A DNA stretch of 63,973 nucleotides, filler included, from Reticulomyxa filosa (Eukaryota > Protista > Foraminifera): the NCBI GenBank assembly GCA_000512085.1. It is 25 parts of 25 records of this genome, joined end to end, with 100 filler letters (N's around TTAATTAATTAA, not from the genome) between each part and the next. Parts side by side here need not be neighbours in the genome. Positions count along the whole stretch, not along the records: positions 9,926 to 13,192 come from ASPP01006200.1; positions 13,293 to 16,419 come from ASPP01027853.1; positions 16,520 to 17,556 come from ASPP01018759.1; positions 17,657 to 19,198 come from ASPP01024951.1; positions 19,299 to 20,608 come from ASPP01005561.1; positions 20,709 to 22,407 come from ASPP01013927.1; positions 22,508 to 23,507 come from ASPP01045008.1; positions 23,608 to 30,353 come from ASPP01002352.1; 17 more parts are not named here. One strand, given 5' to 3'. The notes beneath the pieces are model-generated. The model was not told where the DNA came from and did not search any database. It worked only from the letters and a program-made list of their open reading frames with translations. Of the stretch, positions 12,355 to 24,365 are shown in pieces (within the stretch, counting starts at the first letter, position 1; each line of letters opens with the position of its first letter). Made by a program: the position numbers and the translations under genes.

Positions 12355-13574
12355 TTCTCCTTTGGTAACCACACAAACAGACAAACAGAAAATCGGAATA
12401 TTCTTTCTTCAACCCAAAGTCAGGTGGTCTTCGCGTCACAAAGGGGCACATACTTTTGTAGAAGTTAATTAAAATAAACCAATAGCTTTAAAGTAAAATT
12501 CCAAATTAACAAATAATTTCAGATTTTTTTCTGAAAAAAAAAACAAGCTGTTGTGAACCTTTAGTGTTAAGCAACAAAAAAAGCTAAACTTTTGTGTAAA
12601 CCTATTTCCAGTGTAATAAGCTTTTCTAAAACACGTTTTAATTTGAGTAATCTCTGTACTATACCCTCTAACAACAAAGAAAAAAAGGGGAAGGGAAAAT
12701 TCATATAAGATGTCGAGTGAAAAACTATCATGATTTTTTTAGGGTGCTATTCCTCTTGGACTGTAGAAAGTGAAAGATTGACTTGGATAAAATCGTGGCA
12801 AGTATGAGTACATACGATACAAATCTGTTTACCTACGAAATGAAAGCACAATGAAAACAAGAGAAAGAGAAGAAAAATGAAAGCAGAGTGAAAAGTAAAG
12901 AAAATGGATTGGATGACGCAGCAAAAACTTTGGGGTGAAGTGTCGATTTTAAAAATGTGTCATTAATAGTTCTGTTTGCCAGTCTATGCGATTTGTCTGA
13001 ACAATCACACCACAACGGATAAAAATCATGCAAAAAAGAAGATAACATGGACTCACTTTGGATTAGCTGTTGTTTGTGGGTTGTACATTAAATGATATTT
13101 GATTTGGTCACGTCTTGTTTGTTGTGTTTTTATACAATACTTGTGCTAATAAACACGAAAACTTAATTAATTACTTCTTCTTGCAATTGTGANNNNNNNN
13201 NNNNNNNNNNNNNNNNNNNNNNNNNNNNNNNNNNNNTTAATTAATTAANNNNNNNNNNNNNNNNNNNNNNNNNNNNNNNNNNNNNNNNNNNNTTAAAATA
13301 ATTTTTTAAAGATGTTTTCGTGTAAACTTTTTTTTTATAAATGTGGCTCTCAATCCAACAACATCTTGAAAACAAAAAAGCGGTTGATCAATCAATAGAA
13401 ACAAACAAAAAAAATCTGTCAATTAACCAATAAAAAAAAGTAATCAGTCTATCAATCAATTCGTCAATGAATAGCAACAAAAAAATACTACGCATAAATA
13501 CAACGTATAAAACTAGTAAAAACAAAAATTAAAAATGCATCAATCACTTTAATCGATTGAATAGAGAAAAAAAA

Positions 13575-13755
13575 TTGAGGCAGCCCTAAGGCTTCCCGGT
13601 CCATTTCTTGCAAAACCTGGTACTGGAGACTCAAGTACCGCCCGGACCAAGCCTTCCCAACCCAAACGATACCCAGTATGCAACTACCAATGTTTCACAA
13701 GATGTCCCTAGCTCATCCTCACTTCCACTTTAGTGTTCGAGGTAGAGCTTACCAT
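13575..13755 (-). ncRNA. Candidate structured Pol III RNA with 5S rRNA-like three-way junction, about 180 nt
   Basis: GC-rich island in AT-rich DNA. The ends pair (GGUAAGCUCU/AGGGCUGCC). Nested stems AAGGCUU/AAGCCUU, GGUCC/GGACC, GGUACU/AGUACC and a GCAA-capped hairpin. A T8 run follows directly. Confidence 0.55.
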
Positions 13756-16170
13756 TATAATTCTACACTTCTTTTAATTTTTAAAAAAATAAATTAAAAT
13801 TAATAACAAATGGCATTAATAATGATGCAATAACTAATTCATATCTACAACCAACAAGGAGGATTGAAATAATATTTTGTATAATCCCAAATAATTTAAT
13901 GTCAATCAATTTAATGATACATTTTTCCACATAATAATTTTATGATAAAATTGTGATCACAATGTTCTTGATGACCATATAAGTTATGATTATTATCGTC
14001 GATCAATACTTTGTTACGTGTAAATTGACTCTTTTGAATATATACATTTTGTATTGGTTTCCTTGGATTTTTCAAAGATGTAATATCTTTGAGAGTTTTG
14101 AATACATGTCTCTATGCTGGAGAGTCTTCGATAAACGACAGCATCTTTATCCAAGGGCAAGCAAGACATGATTGATTTGTAAAAGCAAGCGCACATCGCA
14201 AGCAAACATGGCATTGTCAATCTTATCGGTATCCACACACAGAGATAGTCATATATTTGACTATGATGTACGTGGACGTAGCCCATAAGTAAGTTGATTA
14301 CATGTTCTTCAATGAACTTTGGAGTTAAATTATCTATCATGTGATCTTCCAAATATTTTATTGAGATCAAAAACGGGTCCAAGTAATACAGCAGTACATC
14401 ATTAAAATAATATATCTTCACTTTATGTGGCAGTAGACAATGATTATTTCTCAATGGTATCACAAATGATTTTAGCTGTATTTATTTAATAAATATAATT
14501 ATTTTTATTTTTATTTTATTTAATTTGATTGTAAATATAAAAAATAAACTATTTGGAAGATGATTTAAAATTGACGTCAACAAACCCTAGGAATCGGCGC
14601 TTGTCTTGATGAATGTATAAAAATGTATCGTATTTGCATATTTGATCGAATTTTCCAATGGAATGATAACTTATCTGGTTTGTATTTTGTATATGAACTG
14701 AAGTGCTCTATTGTTGACGATGGGTTCATGATCTTGGAAAATGATGTTAGTGTGTGTCCCCCTGGGATGGAAGAACAGACTCACAATATCGCGACGGATG
14801 AGTATTCGAAGAGGATAATACCATGGCAGATTCAGTTCTAACAACCACAACATGACCTTTTCATACGGATTGCGAAGACGGAACAAATAACGCAAATGGA
14901 GGACACAGTTATAGAGACATATGCATAATATACCATGACTTATCAAAAGATTCTCCTTCGCTATCATTGCATAGTCCTGCTGACGCATCTCAGTAATACT
15001 GACATAACCATTGTCCTGGATCTGTGATTCAGTTTAAACTGTGATTCCATTCCTTCCACATTTGACATACATTTTTATTTATGTTTATCTCATTTTTTAT
15101 TTTTAAACACTTCTGAAAAAATTCAAAGACTTTGGGATGGCTCCGCGTTACAAATCACCATCGTCGATATTTCACCAGGGTTAGTGCATACTTTTTTTCA
15201 ACTTCGTTTTTTTTTTCCCTTACTTTTTTGTTGTTGAAATAGAAAAATACAAGCAACACGGCAAGAAATGACAAAAAAGGCTGAGCAGTTACTACAAACT
15301 GATTGATTCGATAATTAAAAAGTTATGCGAATTAAAAAAAAATGTTTCAGTGTCAACATAAGATCAATGTTTTAAAAATTTTTCGTTACGTAATATTTAT
15401 TTCTTGTCAATCTTTATTCATTTATACACACATGTTTTTATCTTTTTTTGTTTATGTAGAAAATTTTAATAATAACTTAAAACAAAAGTGTAGCCAATTC
15501 AACAAACCTTGTGTGGATACAAACAAAATATGCAAGCACTGGCAATATTTTTTGTTGGAATTTTAAAACAACTTAATAAATTGAATATGTTAGAAAATGA
15601 AGGAATTTAATTGTGACGATATGTACTTAATCTAAATAGTGTAAAGCATTCAAATGAGCCACTAAATGTTTGCATTTTTAGAGGGTCCATTTGTTCGAAA
15701 ACGCTAAGCGGTCTGTTTATTTGAAATGAAATTAAATTGAAAGTAATTTGGATATTATATTTTCAAATATCATTAAAAGATAAATGATGACTACAAGGTT
15801 TTGTGTCTTGTCAAGTTAAACCCCTTTAGAAAAAATAGTTTTTAAATTCTTCCAAGTAAGAATGTTGGCATCAGGTAAACTTGCTCTTTTCTTTTGATAC
15901 ACTGAATTTTACTTTCTTTGACTTGAATACTAACAATAAAGCCATTGCCAATAACGTTTTGTCGGTCTCTGACTTGCGGTTAACCGAAGACAACGTTAAA
16001 AATTTGAAGCTGTTAATTTTCGCATTTAATATAAACTCTGAAAAAAATGAAAAGAACAATACTTGTAATTTAGAGAACGATATTGTTTTCCATATCGACA
16101 TAGTTTATATTCTTCTCGGACTTATCGTAGATTTGGAGGGCGATCCCATCTTGATCGAAAGACAATCTCA

Positions 16171-16419
16171 ATGATATGGCTGATGTTTGTGACTTATTTC
16201 TTTGGTCCATTGTATTTGCTTGGCCGACTTTTCACTCCATTCTATCCATTTGCATGTGTCATCTATTATTCCATTGTCTTTGGAAGTATTTCTGAAATCA
16301 ATACTTTGCAATTATTATTGACTGGTCTATACGGTCTTCTCATTTTTTTATTAGTCTTTGTTGTCTCTCCCAACACGTTTTGGTGGATGTGGTTATCTTG
16401 GCATGTTCTACCAGGTTTG
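16171..16419 (+). CDS. Hydrophobic membrane-protein fragment, truncated by spacer
   Basis: Open frame with 2-3 hydrophobic segments; family not recognised. Confidence 0.35.
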
Positions 16420-16779
16420 NNNNNNNNNNNNNNNNNNNNNNNNNNNNNNNNNNNNNNNNNNNNTTAATTAATTAANNNNNNNNNNNNNNNNNNNNNNNNN
16501 NNNNNNNNNNNNNNNNNNNGATGGACTCACTCCATACATATTGAATATCATCGAAGACCCTCAATCAAAACGAGATTCAAATTCGATTTTTTGGGAAAAG
16601 ATTCGACAAGACCATAGTTTGCAAAAAAAAAAAAAAAAAAAAAACCAAACACAAGGAGAGGAGGAAGAAAAAAAAAAAAGTTGTGATACCAATACAACAA
16701 TATATATATATATATATATGTATACGTATATGCGCATGTGTATATTTGCTGTATTGCATGAACATGCTGGCAAAAAAAA

Positions 16780-17273
16780 GACATCCGAGTGATCGACGTA
16801 TGCGGCAGCACAATGAAAACTGCAGAAATAAGTCTGGAGCTAACATATTGGACAGGAGAAGATGGGAGAGTGGAGGAATCTGCTTTACAACAAATGTATC
16901 AAAAAATAGCACGTGCATGCTGTAATACGTATTGCCACAACCGAATTGTGAGGAGTCAGTGCGCGCTAATGTCAAAAAGTTACAAGAAATGGAAGATCAC
17001 GCTGGGGATTTTGCCACTATACATGGATGACTCCAAATTGAGGTCATGGATTATTCGTCAAGCGCAGATTACAGAAAAACGAGCCACTGATTCGTTACGC
17101 GTGCGAATTGAAACAAGTTCATTACGTCCAAGTGGATATGTGCAACTCTTCTTTCGAAATGAAAAAAATATGAAAAAGGCCGAAGCTACACTCCAGGATT
17201 TGAAACAGAAAAACAATGTGTTGCCTCCAAACTTTATACGTGTTGAACCCGCTCAAATTTTATCTCTCGTCCA
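16780..17273 (+). CDS. Exon of an uncharacterised protein with a possible divergent RRM
   Basis: KITLGILP (RNP2-like), GYVQLFFRN (RNP1-like), then a helix; flanked by intron-like homopolymer tracts. Confidence 0.35.
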
Positions 17274-17703
17274 CGTTACATTGTGTTTTTTTTTTTTTTT
17301 TCAATTTTTATTATTTAATTTAATAATAATAAATAAATGAAAACAATAATAACAAAAAACGTAGGCGATCCGACGCACTACGCAAGAACTATCACAATAT
17401 GGAAACGTATACCAAGAGATTATCTCAAGGCACACAAAAGAGTCCAAATCCAAGAAGAAGAAAAAAAAAGAAGAAAAAGATAGCAAACATCACAAATTAG
17501 CTGATCCCCCCAAAAGGTTATTTCTTTGAGGCTCTTTTTTTTTTTTTTTTTTTTGGNNNNNNNNNNNNNNNNNNNNNNNNNNNNNNNNNNNNNNNNNNNN
17601 TTAATTAATTAANNNNNNNNNNNNNNNNNNNNNNNNNNNNNNNNNNNNNNNNNNNNTATGTATACATATATTATTTATTATTATTATTATTTATTAAAAT
17701 CAG

Positions 17704-18281
17704 CTTCACACAGACTCTTCCAATGGCTCAATGATATCAAACGCTTTCGTTGTGAAGGGTTTGTTTTGAATGCATTTCCTCAAGGTATGGTTGGTAGTTC
17801 TTTGAATTGTGCAGGAGCCTTGCCCATGCTCAAATTTATTGCGACTCACAAAGTGCCTTTTGTTGCATTGGACATGCCTTACGTCTTACATCAGAGCTTG
17901 GTTTCCTTCTCTTTGTACTTGGATCGCTTTCACTGGCTACTTTTAAATGAAGCCGCCCGACAAAATCAACTTCGTGATCCCACTGCCACTTCCACCATCC
18001 CCTCCTCCGAAATCTTTTCTTCTCCTCACATCGCCATGGTTAGGAATTATCGGAGCGATTACTTTGCTCTTGGAATCAACGAGTCCGACCCCGGTCAATC
18101 TCGCAAAGTCTTGGCGTTAATGGGCAGTGCACATGTGTCCGAAGTGGTTCAGCGCTTGACAAACCAATGGAATCTGTCCAATCCTATCAAACATATCAGT
18201 GGCAATTGTGTGACTTTGCAATGGAATGGACTTGGACCGCTGTCTTCTGTTCGTGATCGGCAAGATTTACTCTTAATTTAA
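17704..18281 (+). CDS. TraB/GumN-family protein, C-terminal exon
   Basis: RNYRSDYFA followed by KVLALMGSAHVSEV resembles the TraB ERDxx / VVAVVGAxH motifs. Confidence 0.5.
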
Positions 18282-18751
18282 CTTATCTGCGTTCCCACAG
18301 CAACATCTTTCTTTTTTTTTTCTTGGCCTGGACTGGTGTTGTCAGTATTGAATCTCTTTATCAATGCAAATGTAGTCATTTGCAGTTGTTCATCTCACGA
18401 GTATATTAAAAAAAAAAACACATTCACTTGACATTAATAAGTTCACTTTTCAATACCTCTTTTTTTACTTTGATACAAATGACATTTTTTAAAAAATTGT
18501 CATTGCAATAAGAATCTCAAAAGATGGTCTACCCGTTACAACTCTGATCTTTGCTGTTGGCAGTAAAAAGCATCCCCTTATTGAATACAATTTAAACGAA
18601 ATAAACTACTAGTGTTTGTGGTGGGGCTTCCTTGGAACAGAGGGACGGGGAAAAAGAGTGTTTGGACATTTTGTTTTTCGTGAGGTGTATCATCCATCAA
18701 TTTTTTTTTTTGAGCACTGATACAAATAAAAAGCATTAAATCTTGGACAAG

Positions 18752-19126
18752 ATGTCTCAATCAGCAAGTATAGCAAAGAGGATCACAGGCTTGAAATCGA
18801 AAATGGTTTGTTGTGTTTTTTGAAGAGGGACGAAAAGTAAAGGAAAGCAAAGTAACGCAGCACTTAGTAGGATAAAAAGATAGACAGAATAAAATGTGTC
18901 GAAAACAAATTGTATACACAGACAATAAATGGAGCATTTGCTCAATTTGCAAACCAAGCATTGGGACGAACAACTTACAAACCAGTCGGATTGCATGAAA
19001 AATATCCTGGTGTACAGGAAATTCCTCCACAACAATATGAACCCGTAGTAACAACTGTCTCCACATTGTCAAACGGCATTCGAGTAGTCTCCAGAAATAC
19101 ACAAGATCCCATTTGCAACGTCGGGG
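18752..19126 (+). CDS. Mitochondrial processing peptidase alpha subunit (M16 family), N-terminus; intron ~18806-18920
   Basis: Basic presequence MSQSASIAKRITGLKSKM, then VGLHEKYPGV..TTVSTLSNGIRVVS....CNVG, the MPP-alpha pattern. Confidence 0.75.
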
Positions 19127-19298
19127 TAAGTTATTTTTGTTACTTTTGGAGATTTTCTCTTTCCATAAAAAAAAAAGGGATGGGAATGAATGACTGGGNN
19201 NNNNNNNNNNNNNNNNNNNNNNNNNNNNNNNNNNNNNNNNNNTTAATTAATTAANNNNNNNNNNNNNNNNNNNNNNNNNNNNNNNNNNNNNNNNNNNN

Positions 19299-20038
19299 GA
19301 AACTAGCCGATATAAAACCTGCCAAGGTTTTGTGGTAAAGTGGATCTTTGTTACGATATCTTCGCAACAAACATAAAATGGACTTGTAAGTGAATGACAT
19401 TAGGCCAACAAAGACCGAGAATCGAATGGCATCTTCCCCAAAGTAAATTCGCTTCAATCGGTCAGCCACTTGACCTTTCACAAAAATTTTCCCACCAAAC
19501 AGCTTTGTTACCAATGTCACTGTTGTCTTGAATATGTAACCCGCTGCAAATGTGCGAAAAAAGCCTTTGAAAAAGGCATTCTTTTTTATTTGTTTATTTG
19601 ACATATACACATATATATAATTCTCTTTATTCTTCTCTTCTGCGATGCATGACAGATATAAAGGAAACATTTTTTTTTTTTTTTTTTATATAGTGCTTTG
19701 ACTTGTAAGCAGTGATGCGGGTGGGGACATAATGGAAAATCATTGGTTGAAAATGGAATGTCAGCTTTTAAGACGTCATATACCGTCATTGGACGTCCTA
19801 TTATCGCAATTTCGTCTGGGCTTAGATTCACATTTTCATCTACTTTGCGGTGCAATGTTCTAAAGTCAGGCGTTGAGGTTGATGTTGGCAACACAGGCAA
19901 AATCGCTCCTTTCTTCACCGAAGAGCGCGACACTTTTCGTAATTTCTTTCTTGTTGGTTTTGGAGAGGAATCATCTGCCGGTTGGTCTTCAAGAGGGACA
20001 GTGTAGCCATCATTCTGATGAGATGTTTGTGGGTTCAT
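19299..20038 (-). CDS. TMEM135/PXMP4-like membrane protein, 3'-truncated; one intron
   Basis: CPHPHHCLQ|NAF.KGFFRTFAAGY...DAIRFSVFVG...YKSILCLLRRYRNKD....LAGFIS. Confidence 0.75.
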
Positions 20039-20491
20039 CTACTGCTTTTTCTATTTCTTTCCCCCAACAAGTTGTATAAATTCAATTCATGCAAATAGTT
20101 ACATTATGTAAGCAATTGCAATAATGAGCAACTATGATATATTTTAATTAATAGAGCTAAGGCTCAGCTGCACATATGATATATATACTTGCGTTTTCGT
20201 GCCGTCAATTTACTGTTCGTTTGTATTATGTCATATTGAATAATTGATAGCATCTTTTGATATATTGTCTATGCAAATATCTTACTTGTTTCCTTTTATA
20301 GTCACGTATTTGGTTAACAGAAACATTTACCAAAATGGAATTGCAAGCATTTTTTTTTGAAATTTTTTTGTAAACTTCAAATAATAATATATTTTACAAG
20401 ACTAAATAAGTGAGAAGTGATTTGTACATAAAGTGGATCATTTTTGACAATTCGAAAAAAAGACTGTAAGATTTCTGATATTTTTCTACAG

Positions 20492-20608
20492 TAGGTTGCA
20501 AAGAAAACTGAACGCCTAAAACATATCTTATGATGATAATTGATTTTCCATGAAGAAAATCAATTATCATCATAAGATATCGTTTTAGGCGTTCAGTTTT
20601 CTTTGCAA
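20492..20608. mobile_element. Palindromic MITE-like element (arms ~54 bp, 6-nt spacer), Tc1/mariner-like end
   Basis: TTGCAAAGAAAACTGAACGCCTAAAAC(G)ATATCTTATGATGATAATTGATTTTC-CATGAA-reverse complement, with one indel between arms. Begins TAGGTTG. Confidence 0.7.
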
Positions 20609-20783
20609 NNNNNNNNNNNNNNNNNNNNNNNNNNNNNNNNNNNNNNNNNNNNTTAATTAATTAANNNNNNNNNNNNNNNNNNNNNNNNNNNNNNNNNNNN
20701 NNNNNNNNGAACCAAGAGAAAAAGAAAAAGAAAAAGAAAAAGAAAAAGAAGAAGAAGAAGAAAGTAATGGAGGAGAAGAGATA

Positions 20784-22264
20784 ATGTATCAATCCAAAAA
20801 AACACTGGAAGAAGGCAATCCAATAAAGGCCAAGAAAAGTGTCATTGCAAAAAAACAACCTGTTGTCTTTTCGGTAGAAACGTCATTGGTGACGAAACAT
20901 CATGCAAGCGCACATGCAAGCTCACATCCCAGTCCACAGCCACATGACAATGACAAGATCGGATGGAATGGCAGATCCTCCCCGCAGTCACAGTTCAAAC
21001 AGCGCACGGGTGCTATGAACACGACGTCAATCACGCCGCTGCCCAATTTGACCAAAGTGATGGTGGCGACCAAACACAGTCGCAGAAAACGGTCCAAGAC
21101 GGTTGCCAATCATCAAAAAGACAACCCTTTGCATCTCTCCATCAATAGGGACTTGAAACATTTGAAAAACACCTTTGCGCTTAATCAACCGCATCCTGTG
21201 CCTGCCTTTGTTCCACTGGTCCAGTCCAATGATCCAAAAGAATCTCTCTCCCAATCGCCACAACACAAACAGCATAAAACCAGTTGTTTTTTTATTTTGT
21301 CTCTTTTCTCTTGCTTTTGTGCTTGTTTATACATAAATAAATAAGTATGTGTATACATATATGCGCATGCATTTTTTTTTTTTGGGGGGGGGGGGTTTCA
21401 AACATTTGCAGACGTTCGAAACCAAAGCGATGTGGTTTGTTTATATTTTGAGGAAGAGAGAGAGAGGTGAGAGGAGTAAATGAAATAATAATAATAATAA
21501 TAACAAATTACAATAATAAGTTTGAGGGAAGTTGTCTATTGAAAGAATTGTGATATACTGTGGGCATGTGCATATAGTATATGTCCATTGCATCACTACT
21601 TCATTATTGTTGTGTAAACCTATGCACACATATGTACATATACACAAACAAATATATGCATATTATGAATATATGTGGATATACATGTATAATATCAAAT
21701 CAGACCAACAAGTTTTTAAAGGCGAAATTAACCGAATCGAATACTTCTGAAACAGGTCGGTGCAACCAATTTTTTTAAAACATTGTTGTATCTATGCGAG
21801 AATGTAACATTTATATATGTGTGTGTGTGTGGTGTGTACGTGCGTCGGGGACAATGCAGACGCAGGTATGACGCCAGCAGAACTGGACGACTCACGGATT
21901 TCAAAGACGGCAATGCGAGTGCAGACGCGGACGGCGACGCGGAGGTGGATGCAGACGCAGACGCAGATGACTCGATCAACGACGAAGTGATCGACATCGA
22001 AGCAAGCGGGAAGAGCGACAATATCGAGGACATCCGATCGTGGATCGCACTCCGCGCGTCCTCTGCGCCAGCACCAGCGCCGGCGTTGACGTTGAGAGAG
22101 TTTGACACAGAAACAGAGACGGAGACCGAAGCCGACGCTGACGCAGATGCCGATACCGACACTTTGCAAAACAGCGCCGACGATTTGTCCTTTGCCGACA
22201 TTATCCACGCACAAACTGCGTTCAAAAACAAAAACCCACCAATTGTGAAAAAAGGAAAATCAGG
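20784..22264 (+). CDS. Exons of an uncharacterised low-complexity protein (DA/ET dipeptide repeats)
   Basis: GC-richer open frames 20784-21280 and ~21866-22264, separated by AT/TA-repeat intron-like DNA. Confidence 0.4.
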
Positions 22265-22354
22265 TATGGGATAACGAGAAAAGGATGAACAAATAATGGA
22301 GTAAGTGTAACCCTTACTTATGTACACAAATGAATAAATGAATAAATAAATAAA

Positions 22355-22391
<37 letters not shown>

Positions 22392-22507
22392 TATTTATTT
22401 ATTTATTNNNNNNNNNNNNNNNNNNNNNNNNNNNNNNNNNNNNNNNNNNNNTTAATTAATTAANNNNNNNNNNNNNNNNNNNNNNNNNNNNNNNNNNNNN
22501 NNNNNNN

Positions 22508-22965
22508 ACCCTCGATTGAGGATTAATTTTGGTGAGGAATTGTTCGGGAATTGGAATTTCAACATTGTCCGCCTTATCATCAACATCGGGTACAAACTTT
22601 TTTCAAGGCTTGCACAAATGCCTTTGTCTTGTCGTCCTTGGCTTCCTTCAACAAATCATCGCAAGCTTTTACTGCTGCTGCTGCTGCTGCTGCAACATCC
22701 GTTTGCACAAATTTCGTGTATTCGGACACATAAGGAGGTGGGCCCACTTGCCTCATCGTCTCCTCCATCACCACCGCCTAATTTACGCGTGACGTTTTCA
22801 AGTCTTGTCACAGCCTAGGTTTTTTTTTTTTTTTTGTTGTTAACTCTTGGTTCGACGGCTTCTTTTGCAAAACATGTTAATATTATTAGATTGGGTGAAC
22901 GACACACCAAAGTAAACACAGATCTATTTAACTGCTTCCAATCGAGATACAAGTGCTTCGGTCAT
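22508..22965 (-). CDS. CAP: Adenylyl cyclase-associated protein (CAP/Srv2) N-terminus; intron 22932-22815; apparent frameshifts
   Basis: The spliced start MTEALVSRLEA|AVTRLENV carries the tandem RLE motif. PPYVSEY follows after a one-base shift at ~22740. Confidence 0.7.
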
Positions 22966-23607
22966 ATCTATATCTAATCTAAATGAATTTTTGATCTAGA
23001 ACAAAAGATTAGCAACAAACACGTGCACAATTTTATTTGCTGTTGGGAGTGTAAAATCTGAATTATTTTTCATTTTAGTTATTTAGCCAACAATAAAGCA
23101 AAATTAAGCGAAGAAACGCATTATTGTACAAAAATTAGCGTAGTGTACTATTTCTTTTTAAAAATAAGTTTTTTGTCAAATAAGATTTGTTCTTTTCTCA
23201 AAGAACTGATGATAAAAATTTTCCTATTCTTCACGATGATCACGAATCCGATTTTGGAAAACATGATGATAGTAGTGATTGACTAATTTTTTTTTTCTGT
23301 ACAACTTTTTTATTTATTTATGTTTTTTTTTTTTTACAGTTTTATTTTTAAATTGTTTGTTACTTTTGGTGTGTAATATTTAAAAAAAGCAATTGTAAAC
23401 TGTTGAAAGGAAAATAAAAACATTGAACAAATTACTTTTAAAATTTCTTTTACAAAACTCATTTTTTATTCGTCAACTTTCACTTTAAAACATTATGTGT
23501 TTTTTTTNNNNNNNNNNNNNNNNNNNNNNNNNNNNNNNNNNNNNNNNNNNNTTAATTAATTAANNNNNNNNNNNNNNNNNNNNNNNNNNNNNNNNNNNNN
23601 NNNNNNN

Positions 23608-23642
<35 letters not shown>

Positions 23643-23649
23643 ATATACA

Positions 23650-24365
23650 AACAAACCCGAGTTTTGCAAGTAAATAACAGGGATCCTCCCCGTAGCCAAA
23701 TGATAACCAACTCCGACCGACACGGCGTTGCCTTCGTTTGGGGTGATGATATGCTGCGTGGAGGGTACGTGATCGGTCACGTAAGCGCAAAAGTCTTTGA
23801 GCAGTGAGTCCGGGACGCCGCAGTAAAACTCGTGTCCGTGATGCTTCAATTGCTCAAACAATACGCTTGGTCGCACAAAGTCGCGCACCAATTCCGTCAA
23901 CGGCAGCTCGCCTGGGTTCGTTTGGCTTGTCTTCCCTACGCGGTCTTTCTCGTATTCGTGCAACTTCACTGTGCCGCCTTCTTCGCTGCTTGTTGATGGC
24001 CCGTCTGGCAACTTTGCTCGTCCTTCTGCTTCGTTGCTGCTCTCTGTGCCTTGCCTCACACTCACTTTCGTCGTTGCTGACTTATGATATACACTGTGGC
24101 GATTGCAACTTATCATCGACCCATGTCCTTTTTTTTTTTTTTTTTTTTTTTGTGAAGGGGGCACTTCGATTTTAAAGGTCTTCTCGAAGAGCTTTTTTTC
24201 CCCAAATCTTCATTTTGTATACAAGTACACCGTACATGTATATATGTATGTATAGTGCTTGCATAGTATACCAGGCTGGGTCATGGTCAATGAACTTCTC
24301 CCAACGGTTGGAGCGACATACAGATATCGATTGGCTCTTGAAATACTTCTCCCAAATCCATGCAT
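23650..24365 (-). CDS. aepY: Phosphonopyruvate decarboxylase (TPP-dependent), N-terminal part; intron 24271-24128
   Basis: FYCGVPDSLLKDFCAYV, HIITPNEGNAVSVGVGYHLATG and PVIYLQNSGL are Ppd/AepY signatures. Upstream exon MHGFGRSISRANRYLYVAPTVGRSSLTMTQP joins in phase 1. Confidence 0.9.

Noticed and set aside
13582-13590. AGCCCTAAG matches the C-strand of the TTAGGGC repeat, suggesting a telomerase RNA template
   Set aside because: A template requires plus-strand transcription, while G-U pairing, the GNRA loop and the T8 terminator favour the minus strand, where these bases are paired in stems. A 9-nt match can be chance. Strand-specific RNA data would settle it.
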